This document shows positions 36,601 through 45,967 of a stretch of DNA of 64,000 bases, piece by piece. The stretch spans positions 10,994 to 74,993 of the forward strand of contig JAYOBJ010000006.1 of NCBI GenBank assembly GCA_038104845.1. Reading direction: 5' to 3'. The position numbers and the translations under genes were made by a program. Below the pieces are notes generated by a model. That model did no database searches. It was given only the letters and a program-made list of their open reading frames with translations, and was not told where the DNA came from. The stretch's first letter is position 1; every line of letters starts with the position of its first letter. This stretch comes from Methanobacteriota archaeon (GTDB lineage: Archaea; Thermoplasmatota; Poseidoniia; Poseidoniales; Poseidoniaceae).

Positions 36601-36789
36601 TCACCTCCAAGGCGAGCGCGAAGCTCGAGCATGCATCAGCGATGCTTGACCAACCATCGTGCGACGGTGGTCCTGCGACCAGGGCGCCCCGGGTTGGCGG
36701 GCGCGAGCCGATTCATCTTCGCTGTGAGAGCGCATCTGCATCAACACGGCCACAATGGCCGCCGTTCGTCGTTCATCCTCCGCCGACAT
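36601..36789 (-). CDS. Small ORF between carboxyltransferase and BCCP genes (possible acyl-CoA carboxylase epsilon-like or decarboxylase small subunit)
   Basis: 62 aa, MSAEDERRTAAIVAVLMQMR... Packed with 9-nt and 4-nt gaps. The assignment is a weak pattern match only. Confidence 0.35.
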   Translation of the reverse strand: MSAEDERRTAAIVAVLMQMRSHSEDESARARQPGAPWSQDHRRTMVGQASLMHARASRSPWR

Positions 36790-36798
36790 GCCCTCACC

Positions 36799-38352
36799 TC
36801 ACAACGGAATGTTGCCGTGCTTTCGAGCAGGCCTCAATTCCTCTTTGTCCAACAGCATGTCCAAGGCACGGCACAACCGCTGGCGCGTTTGGTTGGGTTC
36901 GATCACATCGTCAAGGTAACCCATGGCCGCCGCCTTGTAGGGGTTAGCGAATTTCTCCTTGAAATCCTCTGTCAAACGAACACGCTCCTCCTCCGGGTTG
37001 CGCGCCGATGCGATGCGACGGCGGTGGATGATCTCGACTGCCCCGTCTGCGCCCATGACCGCCAACTCTGCCGAGGGCCAGGCGACGTTGTAATCGCCGC
37101 GAATGTGTTTGCTGGACATCACGTCGTAAGCACCGCCGTAGGCTTTCCGCATGACCACCGTAAGTTTGGGCACGGTGGCTTCGGCGAAGGCGTACAGCAG
37201 TTTGGCTCCGTGGCGAATGATGCCACCCCACTCCTGATTGGTCCCGGGAAGGAAGCCAGGAACGTCCTCAAACGTCAGCAGCGGGATGTTGAACGCATCG
37301 CAGAACCGAACAAAGCGAGCCGCTTTGTCGCTGGCGTCGATGTCGAGGCATCCAGCGAGCACCTTGGGTTGGTTGGCCACCACGCCCACGGTTTGCCCGC
37401 CCAGGTGGCCGAACCCGATGACGATGTTCTGCGCCCATTCCGATTGAACCTCGAGGAATCCACCGTCGTCGAGCACGTCGGTGATGACATCCACCACGTC
37501 GTAGGGTTTGGACGGGTCGTCAGGGATGACCGAATCGAGAGCGTCGCACGAGCGATCTTTGGTGTCGGAGGTGGGCTTGACAGGCGGTCGCTCGAGGTTG
37601 TTTTGCGGCAGCAAGTCCGTCAAATCCCGGGCCAACTGGATGGCGTGCTCATCGTCGGAGGCGGTGAAATGGGACACCCCGGACTTTGAACCGTGTGTGA
37701 AGGCGCCACCCAGGTCTTCAAAGCTCACCACTTCGTTGGTGACCGTTTTGATGACCTCAGGACCGGTGATGAACATGTGAGCGGTTTGGTCCACCATGAT
37801 GACAAAGTCCGTGATCGCCGGCGAATACACCGCACCTCCGGCGCAGGGCCCCATAATGACGGAGATTTGAGGGACCACCCCGGACGCACGAACGTTTCGG
37901 AAGAAAATTTCAGCATAGGAACCCAACGAGGCAACACCCTCCTGGATACGCGCCCCCCCTGAGTCGTTCATCCCGATGACGGGACGACCGGTCTTGAGGG
38001 CCATATCGAGGACTTTGCAAATTTTGAGGCCGTGCATTTCGCCCAACGATCCACCGTACACCGTGAAATCTTGAGCGAAGGCAAAGACTTCGCGCCCGTT
38101 GATGGTCCCGTGGCCCGTGACCACGCCGTCGCCTGGAATCACGTTCTTGTCCATGTCGAAATCACGGCAACGGTGCTCCACCAGTGCGTCGATTTCCTGA
38201 AAAGTTCCGTCGTCGAGGAGCAGTTCCAACCGCTCTCGAGCCGTGAGTTTCCCGCGGTTGTGTTGAGCATCAACACGCGCCTGGCCACCGCCAGCCTCAC
38301 TGCGGGACTTCCGGTTGCGCAGGTCTTTGAGGCGCTCCTCTGTGCTGGACAT
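36799..38352 (-). CDS. Acyl-CoA (propionyl-CoA/methylmalonyl-CoA) carboxyltransferase, beta subunit
   Basis: Two crotonase-like carboxyltransferase halves ([38 protein letters not shown]). ATG at 38352. Confidence 0.92.
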   Translation of the reverse strand: MSSTEERLKDLRNRKSRSEAGGGQARVDAQHNRGKLTARERLELLLDDGTFQEIDALVEHRCRDFDMDKNVIPGDGVVTGHGTINGREVFAFAQDFTVYGGSLGEMHGLKICKVLDMALKTGRPVIGMNDSGGARIQEGVASLGSYAEIFFRNVRASGVVPQISVIMGPCAGGAVYSPAITDFVIMVDQTAHMFITGPEVIKTVTNEVVSFEDLGGAFTHGSKSGVSHFTASDDEHAIQLARDLTDLLPQNNLERPPVKPTSDTKDRSCDALDSVIPDDPSKPYDVVDVITDVLDDGGFLEVQSEWAQNIVIGFGHLGGQTVGVVANQPKVLAGCLDIDASDKAARFVRFCDAFNIPLLTFEDVPGFLPGTNQEWGGIIRHGAKLLYAFAEATVPKLTVVMRKAYGGAYDVMSSKHIRGDYNVAWPSAELAVMGADGAVEIIHRRRIASARNPEEERVRLTEDFKEKFANPYKAAAMGYLDDVIEPNQTRQRLCRALDMLLDKEELRPARKHGNIPL

Positions 38353-38486
38353 GGTGTTCCCCAGCACACCTTGTCTGCACGCCGCCCTTATGCGTTCCTA
38401 TCCGCAGGACTGCGTTCAAGGCCGATTGAGCGCCCACATCGGGCGGCGAGGGGTGCGTTGATAGGGAGGCGCTTCATCCTGTGTCC

Positions 38487-38933
38487 ATGGACCAACCGTT
38501 GCGCATCGTGGTGGCCAAGCCGGGACTCGACGGTCACGACCGAGGAGCAAAGGTCGTAGCACGCGCCCTTCGCGACGCAGGCCACGAAGTGATCTACACA
38601 GGCCTGCGTCGGACATCGCAGCAAATCGTCGACACGGTGCGGGACGAAGACGCACGGTTCCTGGGGCTCTCGTCTCTTTCTGGCGCTCATGCCCACCTCT
38701 TCCCTCAAGTCTGTCAGAAACTGATCGAAGCAGGTCTGGAGGATGTCGTCGTGTTCGGCGGCGGAATCATTCCCGAAGACGACCGCCCTGCCTTGCACGA
38801 GGCGGGTGTTCGCGCCATTTTCGGACCCGGGACACCCACCGCTGAGATCCTTGAATTCATGGCCATAGCCTCGTCCATGAACGACGTGGGCGTTGGCCAA
38901 CCCAGTGACTGGTATTGGACGTCCAACGCATAG
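38487..38933 (+). CDS. Methylmalonyl-CoA mutase, B12-binding small subunit/domain
   Basis: RIVVAKPGLDGHDRGAKVVARALRDAGHEVIYTG contains the DxHxxG cobalamin-binding motif. Confidence 0.9.
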   Translation: MDQPLRIVVAKPGLDGHDRGAKVVARALRDAGHEVIYTGLRRTSQQIVDTVRDEDARFLGLSSLSGAHAHLFPQVCQKLIEAGLEDVVVFGGGIIPEDDRPALHEAGVRAIFGPGTPTAEILEFMAIASSMNDVGVGQPSDWYWTSNA

Positions 38934-38941
38934 GTGGTGGC

Positions 38942-39859
38942 ATGGACGACCTCCACCGTTTGGCCCAAGGCGGCGACCGACGTGCGCTTGCACGAATGTT
39001 GTCGGCGATCGAGTCGGGTGAGGTCGATGTTCATCCATTGCTCAGCACACCAGCTGCATCAAATGCATGGAAGGTGATGGCCATCACCGGCGCACCCGGC
39101 GTAGGCAAATCGGTGTTGGTGGATGCCATCCTGCAGCGTTGGGCCCGAGCAGGGCACACCACCGCCTTGCTGGCCGTTGATCCAAGCTCACCCCGAACGG
39201 GTGGGGCCCTGTTGGGGGACCGGGTTCGGATGACCACGGTTGATGACCCCGAACTGAGTCATCGCGTCTATGTTCGATCGGTGGCGACACGAAAGGCCAT
39301 CGGCTCAGTACCCATGGTCGTGGAAGACATGGCGGCTTACCTGCTGAGTTGCGGTTGGAACCGAGTGCTCATCGAAACCGTCGGCGCAGGTCAGTCCGAA
39401 CTGAGGTGCGCCGCCGTGGCGGACCGCATCGTGGTGGTGGAAGGGCCGGCACGTGGCGACGGCATTCAAGCGGAAAAGGCTGGATTGCTTGAACTCGCCG
39501 ATCTGGTGTTGGTCAACAAATGCGACATTGAAGGAGCCGAGCGTCACGCTGCAGAGCTCAGCGAATCGTTCGCGCTGGGCGATGAGGTCCCTGATGTGAT
39601 GCTGGTTTCTGGTTTGAAAAGCATCGGTGTTGACGAGGCGGCAACGGCCATGCTGAACTTGGCCCCCTCGAACCGCTCGCTCAAAGCAAAAATGCGAGAG
39701 CGGCTTCATGCGCTGCTCGAACGACGGCTCACCGGCCATCCGGACTACAATCGGACGCTGGACGACCTCTCCCAAGGGACAATTGATATTCATGAGGCAA
39801 TGGTACACCTGATGAGTGAGCGCCATGAGTCACCAGGTCGAGATGACCAACCCCGTTGA
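38942..39859 (+). CDS. meaB: MeaB/ArgK-type G3E GTPase (methylmalonyl-CoA mutase chaperone)
   Basis: P-loop GAPGVGKS, LAVDPSSPRTGGALLGDRVRM, VNKCD. Confidence 0.9.
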   Translation: MDDLHRLAQGGDRRALARMLSAIESGEVDVHPLLSTPAASNAWKVMAITGAPGVGKSVLVDAILQRWARAGHTTALLAVDPSSPRTGGALLGDRVRMTTVDDPELSHRVYVRSVATRKAIGSVPMVVEDMAAYLLSCGWNRVLIETVGAGQSELRCAAVADRIVVVEGPARGDGIQAEKAGLLELADLVLVNKCDIEGAERHAAELSESFALGDEVPDVMLVSGLKSIGVDEAATAMLNLAPSNRSLKAKMRERLHALLERRLTGHPDYNRTLDDLSQGTIDIHEAMVHLMSERHESPGRDDQPR

Positions 39860-40451
39860 AACCTCGGTCGGTGGGATGCGCGGCCATCTGCTCCGCCGCT
39901 CCATCCATTTGGGCATGGTCGCCATTCCCTTTGCGTATTTTGAATTCGGGGCCTCCGTCGCTGACACCCTTCAGGCGAGCGTTGACCAGCTCGTGGCCGG
40001 CTTTGTGCTCCTTTTGGTCGTCGTCGAAATGCTTCGCTTGCGCCTTGGCATCACCGTATTCGGCCAACGCGATTACGAAGCTAAACAGATCTCAGCCCTC
40101 GCCTGGGGCGGTTTTGCCATCGGCATGGTCCTGTTGCTGACCCCCGAACCCGGCTACGCGTGGCCGTTGATCGTTTCGTTGGCTTTGGGCGACCCGTTCA
40201 TGGGTGAACTCCGCCGAAAGGGCATGAACGACCAAAGCGTCATGTTGTACGCCACCTTGCTCATTCTTGCCATCTGGCTCGTGTGCTGGTGGGCCGTGGG
40301 CACGCCCCTCCTCATCTGTTTCCTCCTGGCCCCCGTCTGCATGGCGGCAGAATGGCCGCGCCTCACCTACATCGACGACAACGCCACCATGGTGCTCATC
40401 CCGCTGGCGTTGGTCCTCCTGCTCGAGCCGTTTGTGGGGCTGATGGCGTAG
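39825..40451 (+). CDS. CTP-dependent polyprenol (dolichol/phytol) kinase-family membrane protein
   Basis: LLRRSIHLGMVAIP..., LALGDPFMGELRRKG, 6-7 hydrophobic helices. Family call is of moderate strength. Confidence 0.55.
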   Translation: MSHQVEMTNPVETSVGGMRGHLLRRSIHLGMVAIPFAYFEFGASVADTLQASVDQLVAGFVLLLVVVEMLRLRLGITVFGQRDYEAKQISALAWGGFAIGMVLLLTPEPGYAWPLIVSLALGDPFMGELRRKGMNDQSVMLYATLLILAIWLVCWWAVGTPLLICFLLAPVCMAAEWPRLTYIDDNATMVLIPLALVLLLEPFVGLMA

Positions 40452-40527
40452 ACAAAACCTCCACCTGAGTGCAGCCCCCACCATACGTTGAAAGGGTGAG
40501 CGCGGGTCCATCAAACAGGCGAGAACC

Positions 40528-40638
40528 ATGTCGGACGAAGGAACGGACAACGACCCCCCCCAAATGGCCTACCAAGTGGCTTTTGCCTTGGTGATCATCG
40601 CCCTCCTCGTGACCGTGTTCCGCTACCCACTTTGGTGA
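40528..40638 (+). CDS. Possible 36-aa single-TM micro-protein
   Basis: MSDEGTDNDPPQMAYQVAFALVIIALLVTVFRYPLW. Below the ORF-track size cutoff; found by reading the intergenic region upstream of asnB. Confidence 0.25.
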   Translation: MSDEGTDNDPPQMAYQVAFALVIIALLVTVFRYPLW

Positions 40639-40694
40639 TTTTTTCAGCACGAGAATGAACACCCCTTCAAAAGGTGCAGCCTCGAGGGCGGACC

Positions 40695-42467
40695 ATGTGT
40701 GGGATTGCGGGTGTGTTGGGCCATCCCGACGCGACCGTCTTGAACCGCATGAATCGAATTCTCGGTCACCGTGGTCCAGATGAACAATCGACCTTCCTGG
40801 ACGAACCGGTCGGTTTGGCTCACACACGGCTTGCCATCGTTGATGTCAACGGGAGCCAACAACCGATCCGCGGAGCAGACTCCACCGTCCTCATCGTGAA
40901 CGGGGAGATCTACAACCACCAGGACCTTCGACGCACGGTGACCTACCCCTACCAAACCGTTGGGGACAGCGAGGTCATCCTCGCCCTGCACCAAGAAGGC
41001 GCCAACGGCCCCGTTCGTTCCGCTGCCGAACACGCCCGTTGGGTGCGACGACTCGACGGAATGTTCGCCTTCGCACTGTGGAACCCTGAAGAGCGAACCC
41101 TGCTGCTCGCTCGTGACACGCTGGGCATCAAACCCCTCTTTCGCACACGGGTGGAGGACAGTTTGCTGTTTGCCAGCGAAGCCAAAGCCTTCCAGGCCCA
41201 CGACGCTTACCGGCCCACCCTGGACCGAACGGCGTTCGGTGCTCGCTTGGTGTGGGAGTACCCACTGGACAGCAGTTCCTTGCTCTCTGGCGTCCACCAA
41301 GTCCGGCCCGGAACCGTGGAAGTGTGGACCGTGGGTGAACAGGGTGCGCCCTTCTTGAAAGATGTCGCTGTGTTTGAACGATCCGTGGTCGAACCCCGAG
41401 CCACATGGGACCCGATGAGCGGCGCGCCCGAGCTCTTGGATTCCTTTGTGACGAGCGTGCAACAACGCCTGATGGCCGATGTCCCCGTCGGCATCGTCCT
41501 CTCCGGTGGTCTGGATTCGAGTTTGGTGGCTGCTGTGGCTCACGAAGCCGCTGAACGGGCAGGGCAGCCGGTTCCGGCGTGTTGGACGGTGGCGGAGAGC
41601 GAAGACAACCCCGATTGGATGGCGGCTGAGGACGTGGCGTCATCCTTTGACCTTGAACATCATCAACACGTGCTGGAACCGGATGCTTTTGAACGCACCC
41701 TCCCATCCCTCGCTTGGCACGGCGAGGACATTGATGTCACCGTGTTGTTTTTCCAACCCCTGTTCAAGCACATGCGCAACCACGTCACCGTGGGTTTGTG
41801 CGGCCAAGGAGCGGATGAACTCCACGCAGGCTACCCGAGGTACCGGTCCCTCGACCGCCACCGTCGCGAACTGATGGCACGGGAGCGCGCCCTGCCGTCG
41901 GATGTCCAAAACATGTTGTTGAACGGCAACCTCACGACCCAGAACGGATGGTTCCAGCCAACCCACACGGCCGCTGAACCGACCGGTGACCTCAACAGCA
42001 TGCTTCAATTTGAATTCGACCACGGGCAGCTGAGCAATTTTCAACTTCGCTTGGTTGACCGCCACTCGATGGCCCATTCCCTCGAGGTGCGCGTGCCGTT
42101 TCTCGGACGTCCGCATCGTCAACTTGCCCAGAGTCTACCCATGAACTGGCGGCTACCGAACGATGACCTCGAAAAACTGGCGTTGCGTCGGGCGGCCGCG
42201 TTGACCAAACTGCCGAAACACATCGTTGATCGGCCGAAATTGCCAGCCGGCCGAGCCACCTCACCAACGATGATCGATGCTTTTCTCCACGGCTACGCCG
42301 CGCAAACCGAGGCGCTGCTGGCAAAATACACCGATTGGGCACCGGCCATGAAAGGCCAGGAAGAGTTGGCCCTCGGATTGGGGTTGTTCGAAGCGATGCA
42401 TCTGAACGCCGAAGGTTGGCAACAACGTCACCGCAGCGTCGATGAATGGCTCAGCGAGGTGATATGA
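40695..42467 (+). CDS. asnB: Asparagine synthase (glutamine-hydrolysing) family amidotransferase
   Basis: MCGIAG provides the N-terminal nucleophile Cys. SGGLDSS PP-loop. Confidence 0.9.
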   Translation: MCGIAGVLGHPDATVLNRMNRILGHRGPDEQSTFLDEPVGLAHTRLAIVDVNGSQQPIRGADSTVLIVNGEIYNHQDLRRTVTYPYQTVGDSEVILALHQEGANGPVRSAAEHARWVRRLDGMFAFALWNPEERTLLLARDTLGIKPLFRTRVEDSLLFASEAKAFQAHDAYRPTLDRTAFGARLVWEYPLDSSSLLSGVHQVRPGTVEVWTVGEQGAPFLKDVAVFERSVVEPRATWDPMSGAPELLDSFVTSVQQRLMADVPVGIVLSGGLDSSLVAAVAHEAAERAGQPVPACWTVAESEDNPDWMAAEDVASSFDLEHHQHVLEPDAFERTLPSLAWHGEDIDVTVLFFQPLFKHMRNHVTVGLCGQGADELHAGYPRYRSLDRHRRELMARERALPSDVQNMLLNGNLTTQNGWFQPTHTAAEPTGDLNSMLQFEFDHGQLSNFQLRLVDRHSMAHSLEVRVPFLGRPHRQLAQSLPMNWRLPNDDLEKLALRRAAALTKLPKHIVDRPKLPAGRATSPTMIDAFLHGYAAQTEALLAKYTDWAPAMKGQEELALGLGLFEAMHLNAEGWQQRHRSVDEWLSEVI

Positions 42468-42468
42468 C

Positions 42469-43671
42469 ATGCACTTGAAAGATCTGAATCAGCAACTGGA
42501 AGCCCATCGTGCCGAACTTACCGCATGGATGGCGGAGAAACGTCGTAATGTGTCCATGCCGATTTACGGCAGCGTGGATGTCCGTGATGCGGGCTGGAAG
42601 GTGGGTGTGGTGGATGCCAACCATTTCCCTGCTGGCTTCAACAACGTCGCCCAAGACCAGCAAGAAGACCTGTCCATCCTCTTGAAGGACCATCTGCAGC
42701 GGACCCATCCGGACGCCACCTGGGTCCACGTGTACCCTGAGAGTCACACACGAAATCCCGCTTACGTCGAAAACATCGCCTCCATCCAACGCATGATCGA
42801 ACGGGCCGGGTACCGCTGCACCGTGGGGTCGCCTGAGTTGGACGAATTCAAGACACTGAACGGGACGAGCGGCCCCCTCAACCTAGACCTCACCCATGTC
42901 GATGAGAACAACCGTCTTCTTGTGGAGGGGGACGAGCCCGATTTGATCCTCCTCAACAACGACCTCACGGACGGCGACATTCCCGGTATCGCATCGCCCA
43001 ACGTCACTCCGCCGCCCCACATGGGTTGGTTTCGCCGAAGGAAATCGCAACATTACGAAGCGCTCCGCCCGTACGTGAACGAAGTGGCCGAGTTGCTGAA
43101 CCTCGACCCTTGGCACCTCATGCCCGAATGGTTTGTTTCCGAGGACAAATGCCTGACTGAAGACGCCTGCAAGCAGCGTCTTGCGGAAGAAATCGACGAC
43201 TTCCTCAAGCGGCTGAAGGCCAAATACGCCGAGCTCGGCATCAACCGCCAACCAAGCGTGGTGATGAAAAACGACAGCGGTACCTACGGCCTTGGCGTCA
43301 TGGTCTTGACATCGGGCGACCAAATCCTCAACCTGTCCAACCGCAAGGCCAACCGCTTGCGTTACGCCAAAGGTGGAGCGACGGTTGAAAATTACCTCAT
43401 CCAGGAAGGCATCCCCACAGCGCTTCAAACCGAAGCAGGCGAAGCACTTGAGCCGGTGGTCTATCTGGTGGATGGAGAAGCTGCTTCCTGGTTTTACCGA
43501 ATCAACCCCAAGAAATCCGACATGGACAACCTCAACTCACCCAGTGCGCGGTTTGAAAATTACGCCGAAGGGGCCAACCCCTACGCCACCGAAGCCCACG
43601 GCTGGCACGCATTGGTCGCCGAACTGAGCATGTTGGCGATGGGCAAGGAAGCCGAGCGATACAGCGCTTGA
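42469..43671 (+). CDS. Glutamate--cysteine ligase, Thiobacillus ferrooxidans-type GshA family (tentative)
   Basis: PIYGSVDVRDAGWKVGVVDANHFPAGFNNV and VVMKNDSGTYGLGV match my memory of this rare GshA family. ~400 aa. The start is 1 nt after the asnB stop. Confidence 0.55.
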   Translation: MHLKDLNQQLEAHRAELTAWMAEKRRNVSMPIYGSVDVRDAGWKVGVVDANHFPAGFNNVAQDQQEDLSILLKDHLQRTHPDATWVHVYPESHTRNPAYVENIASIQRMIERAGYRCTVGSPELDEFKTLNGTSGPLNLDLTHVDENNRLLVEGDEPDLILLNNDLTDGDIPGIASPNVTPPPHMGWFRRRKSQHYEALRPYVNEVAELLNLDPWHLMPEWFVSEDKCLTEDACKQRLAEEIDDFLKRLKAKYAELGINRQPSVVMKNDSGTYGLGVMVLTSGDQILNLSNRKANRLRYAKGGATVENYLIQEGIPTALQTEAGEALEPVVYLVDGEAASWFYRINPKKSDMDNLNSPSARFENYAEGANPYATEAHGWHALVAELSMLAMGKEAERYSA

Positions 43672-43702
43672 GTCGCACACTCTCAGCTCAACCCAGAAAG
43701 CC

Positions 43703-43822
43703 ATGCTGAGCGTATTCAGCGGCATGGCGCTGGGTGCCGCTGGCCTCGCTGTTTGGGTGAGCCGCCGGGAAGGGCGACGCATGCAAGAGGATGAATACGA
43801 AGACCGCCACGCCCGCTCATGA
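43703..43822 (+). CDS. Possible 39-aa single-TM micro-protein
   Basis: MLSVFSGMALGAAGLAVWVSRREGRRMQEDEYEDRHARS. The stop overlaps the ATG of the next gene. Confidence 0.25.
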   Translation: MLSVFSGMALGAAGLAVWVSRREGRRMQEDEYEDRHARS

Positions 43823-44496
43823 AGGGCAAGGCGTGGTGGTACGTGGCCACCATTGCCGTTGGCCTGTGGGTGTCCGCTACGGGCGCTCATGGCACCTTAC
43901 CCGATCGCTGGGCTGAATGGCCCGTGAACCTCTGGTGTTGGGGACTGTTTTTCACCCTGTACGCGAAAGCAGAACGGAAAGAACGCATCGAAATGATCAC
44001 CGTCCTTGCGTTCGCTACACCCATGGAATTGTTCTTTTCAGAGGTGTGGAAGGTGTACGAGTACCAACGGGGGTTGATGCCGATGTTTGTCCCGGTGGGT
44101 CATTACTTCCTGTTTGATTTGGGTCGGATTTGGGCCCAACGCATCCGAGTTTCGTGGGCGATGCCGCTTTTGCTGCCGTTCGTGCCGGCGGTCGCGTATG
44201 GGGTGTGGACCGGTGGCGACACCTCGGGCGTGTTGCTGCTCGTCTTGGTGGTGCTGTTCACTCGGTTTGGACCGCAACCCCGCCTGTACGCTGCGATGGT
44301 GTGGGCCGCCTTGGCCATGGAAATCGTTGGCACTCAACTCGGGAACTGGACTTGGGCGACCGAGGTGCCGTGGACGCCGTTGACGGCTTGGAACCCACCG
44401 TTGCTGGTGGGTGCGTTCTACTGCTTGGGTGACCTGTTGGTGAACCTCAGCGTTGCTAAGTTTGAAGGGGAACCTCCCAAGGAGGTCACTGCATGA
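43819..44496 (+). CDS. Polytopic membrane protein (hypothetical)
   Basis: ~7 hydrophobic helices. A PMELFF segment faintly recalls lycopene-cyclase-domain PxEE motifs, which is not sufficient for a call. Confidence 0.55.
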   Translation: MKGKAWWYVATIAVGLWVSATGAHGTLPDRWAEWPVNLWCWGLFFTLYAKAERKERIEMITVLAFATPMELFFSEVWKVYEYQRGLMPMFVPVGHYFLFDLGRIWAQRIRVSWAMPLLLPFVPAVAYGVWTGGDTSGVLLLVLVVLFTRFGPQPRLYAAMVWAALAMEIVGTQLGNWTWATEVPWTPLTAWNPPLLVGAFYCLGDLLVNLSVAKFEGEPPKEVTA

Positions 44497-44825
44497 CGGG
44501 AGCCGACGAGTTGCGCCGGCGACGTCAAAACGAAGCCGTTCGCATCCGCACGGCGCTCAATCGGCAACGCGGTGAACAACGGGCCAACACCAAGGGAGGT
44601 GAAGGAACGGTGGCCTTCGTCGAGGAACGAAAGTGCATCGGCTGCGACCAGTGCACCATCGTTTGCGATGACGATGCGATTGAACTCTACCACGTGGCCA
44701 TGAAGAGCCCCCTCATGTCGGTGGAAAGCAACCGAAAGGCGAAGGTCCTTCGTGACCCTTGCACGGGTTGTCGGCTTTGTGTGCTGGCGTGCCCCACCGA
44801 CGCCATCACCATGATCGACCGATGA
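44493..44825 (+). CDS. 2x[4Fe-4S] ferredoxin-domain protein with basic N-terminal extension
   Basis: CIGCDQCTIVC and CTGCRLCVLACP. ATGA overlap with the upstream gene. Confidence 0.8.
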   Translation: MTGADELRRRRQNEAVRIRTALNRQRGEQRANTKGGEGTVAFVEERKCIGCDQCTIVCDDDAIELYHVAMKSPLMSVESNRKAKVLRDPCTGCRLCVLACPTDAITMIDR

Positions 44826-44846
44826 ACGTGAACCGGAGGATGAAGC

Positions 44847-45137
44847 ATGGCCAAGAAAGGAAAGGACCCCACTGCACAACGGTTTGGAGGCGAATTTGGC
44901 CCCTACAGGAAACCGGGCACCGCAGGTGTCAGTTTGTCGACGTTCAAGACCCTCGTCTGGGTGTCCAACCTTGGCGGTTTGTTGCTCGTCGCCCTCGCCC
45001 TCGAGCTGATGTTTGTCCAGCAGAACTTTGCATGGGGCTTGCTCTCGCTCATTCTCGGGGTCGCCGTTGGCTTGTTCCCTTCCAACTACGAAATCGTCGG
45101 AATGGAAGAGGACGACGACGGGACGAACGACCGCTGA
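44847..45137 (+). CDS. Small 2-TM membrane protein (hypothetical)
   Basis: 96 aa, two hydrophobic helices, acidic C-terminus. Confidence 0.45.
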   Translation: MAKKGKDPTAQRFGGEFGPYRKPGTAGVSLSTFKTLVWVSNLGGLLLVALALELMFVQQNFAWGLLSLILGVAVGLFPSNYEIVGMEEDDDGTNDR

Positions 45138-45140
45138 CGG

Positions 45141-45848
45141 TCAAGGTGCTGATGCGTAGACCCGACGCACGAACGGTCGCTCAACGCTCATGTAAAACAC
45201 GTAGATGCTGACATGGAACACCGCCGCCACGGCCCATCCTTCCATGGATGCCGCCTCAAGGGCTGCGCCATGCATCGACACATTGCCGATGCCGTACATG
45301 GGGTTGGAGAACACGGCATACGGCCCTCCCGTGACCAGTTCAGCATCGCTTGCGCAATCATGGAACAAATCTCGGTAGTAGTACACGTCCATCCCGACAA
45401 GGTGGGTGGCCCACGCCTTGACGCCAACGCTGACGATGAACAGCACACCGCCCACGGCCATGGCGACGGAGGTCGCCACGGGGAGGCTGACCGTGCCGGT
45501 GTGCGCACGAAGGAACATGGCAAGGGACCAACCAAGGTTGAAGAACACGACACCGAGGACGGACTCGTAGATGGCCCAGGCTCGCTCATCACCCCACCAC
45601 CGCCGAAGTCGGTGGTGCAGGTTGAACCTATAGAACAGGATGTGGCCGAGGTAGTACACGCTCCATTCGACCGCCACGTACACCAGCGCCAACCGCGGGG
45701 TGGTGATGTACACCCAACCCGCCAAGGCAGAGAGAAGGATGAACAAGGCCGTGATGAGGGTCTGCACCCGAGGGCGATCCAACCTCAGGCCGGACATCCC
45801 AAACACGAGGTAAAGTCCCCTCAACATGGGTGAGCCCGGGCTGGCCAT
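45141..45848 (-). CDS. Isoprenylcysteine carboxyl / phospholipid methyltransferase-family membrane protein
   Basis: VTGGPYAVFSNPMYGIGNV is the GPY...RNPMY-type motif of ICMT/PEMT enzymes. Multi-TM. Confidence 0.7.
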   Translation of the reverse strand: MASPGSPMLRGLYLVFGMSGLRLDRPRVQTLITALFILLSALAGWVYITTPRLALVYVAVEWSVYYLGHILFYRFNLHHRLRRWWGDERAWAIYESVLGVVFFNLGWSLAMFLRAHTGTVSLPVATSVAMAVGGVLFIVSVGVKAWATHLVGMDVYYYRDLFHDCASDAELVTGGPYAVFSNPMYGIGNVSMHGAALEAASMEGWAVAAVFHVSIYVFYMSVERPFVRRVYASAP

Positions 45849-45967
45849 GTTGCTGTTTGGTGAAACCGGCGCTTGAATCAACCGGCCCACGCAGCCCTGA
45901 TGGGCAGACAAAGCGTGGCGCCTATTCCTTCACCGCACCACCGGCCCGAAAGCGGGCCGTTTCAGGT

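Noticed and set aside
35931-37689. 338-aa and 378-aa plus-strand ORFs
   Set aside because: They are antisense to the BCCP and carboxyltransferase genes, which carry unambiguous AMKM and carboxyltransferase motifs.
40528-40638. Micro-ORFs next to the AsnB homologue (also 43703-43822), considered as lasso-peptide or graspetide (RiPP) precursors
   Set aside because: Both peptides are dominated by a TM-like hydrophobic helix. The AsnB homologue retains the glutaminase Cys, unlike lasso cyclases. No leader peptidase or B-protein is present. They are more likely small membrane proteins, if they are real at all.
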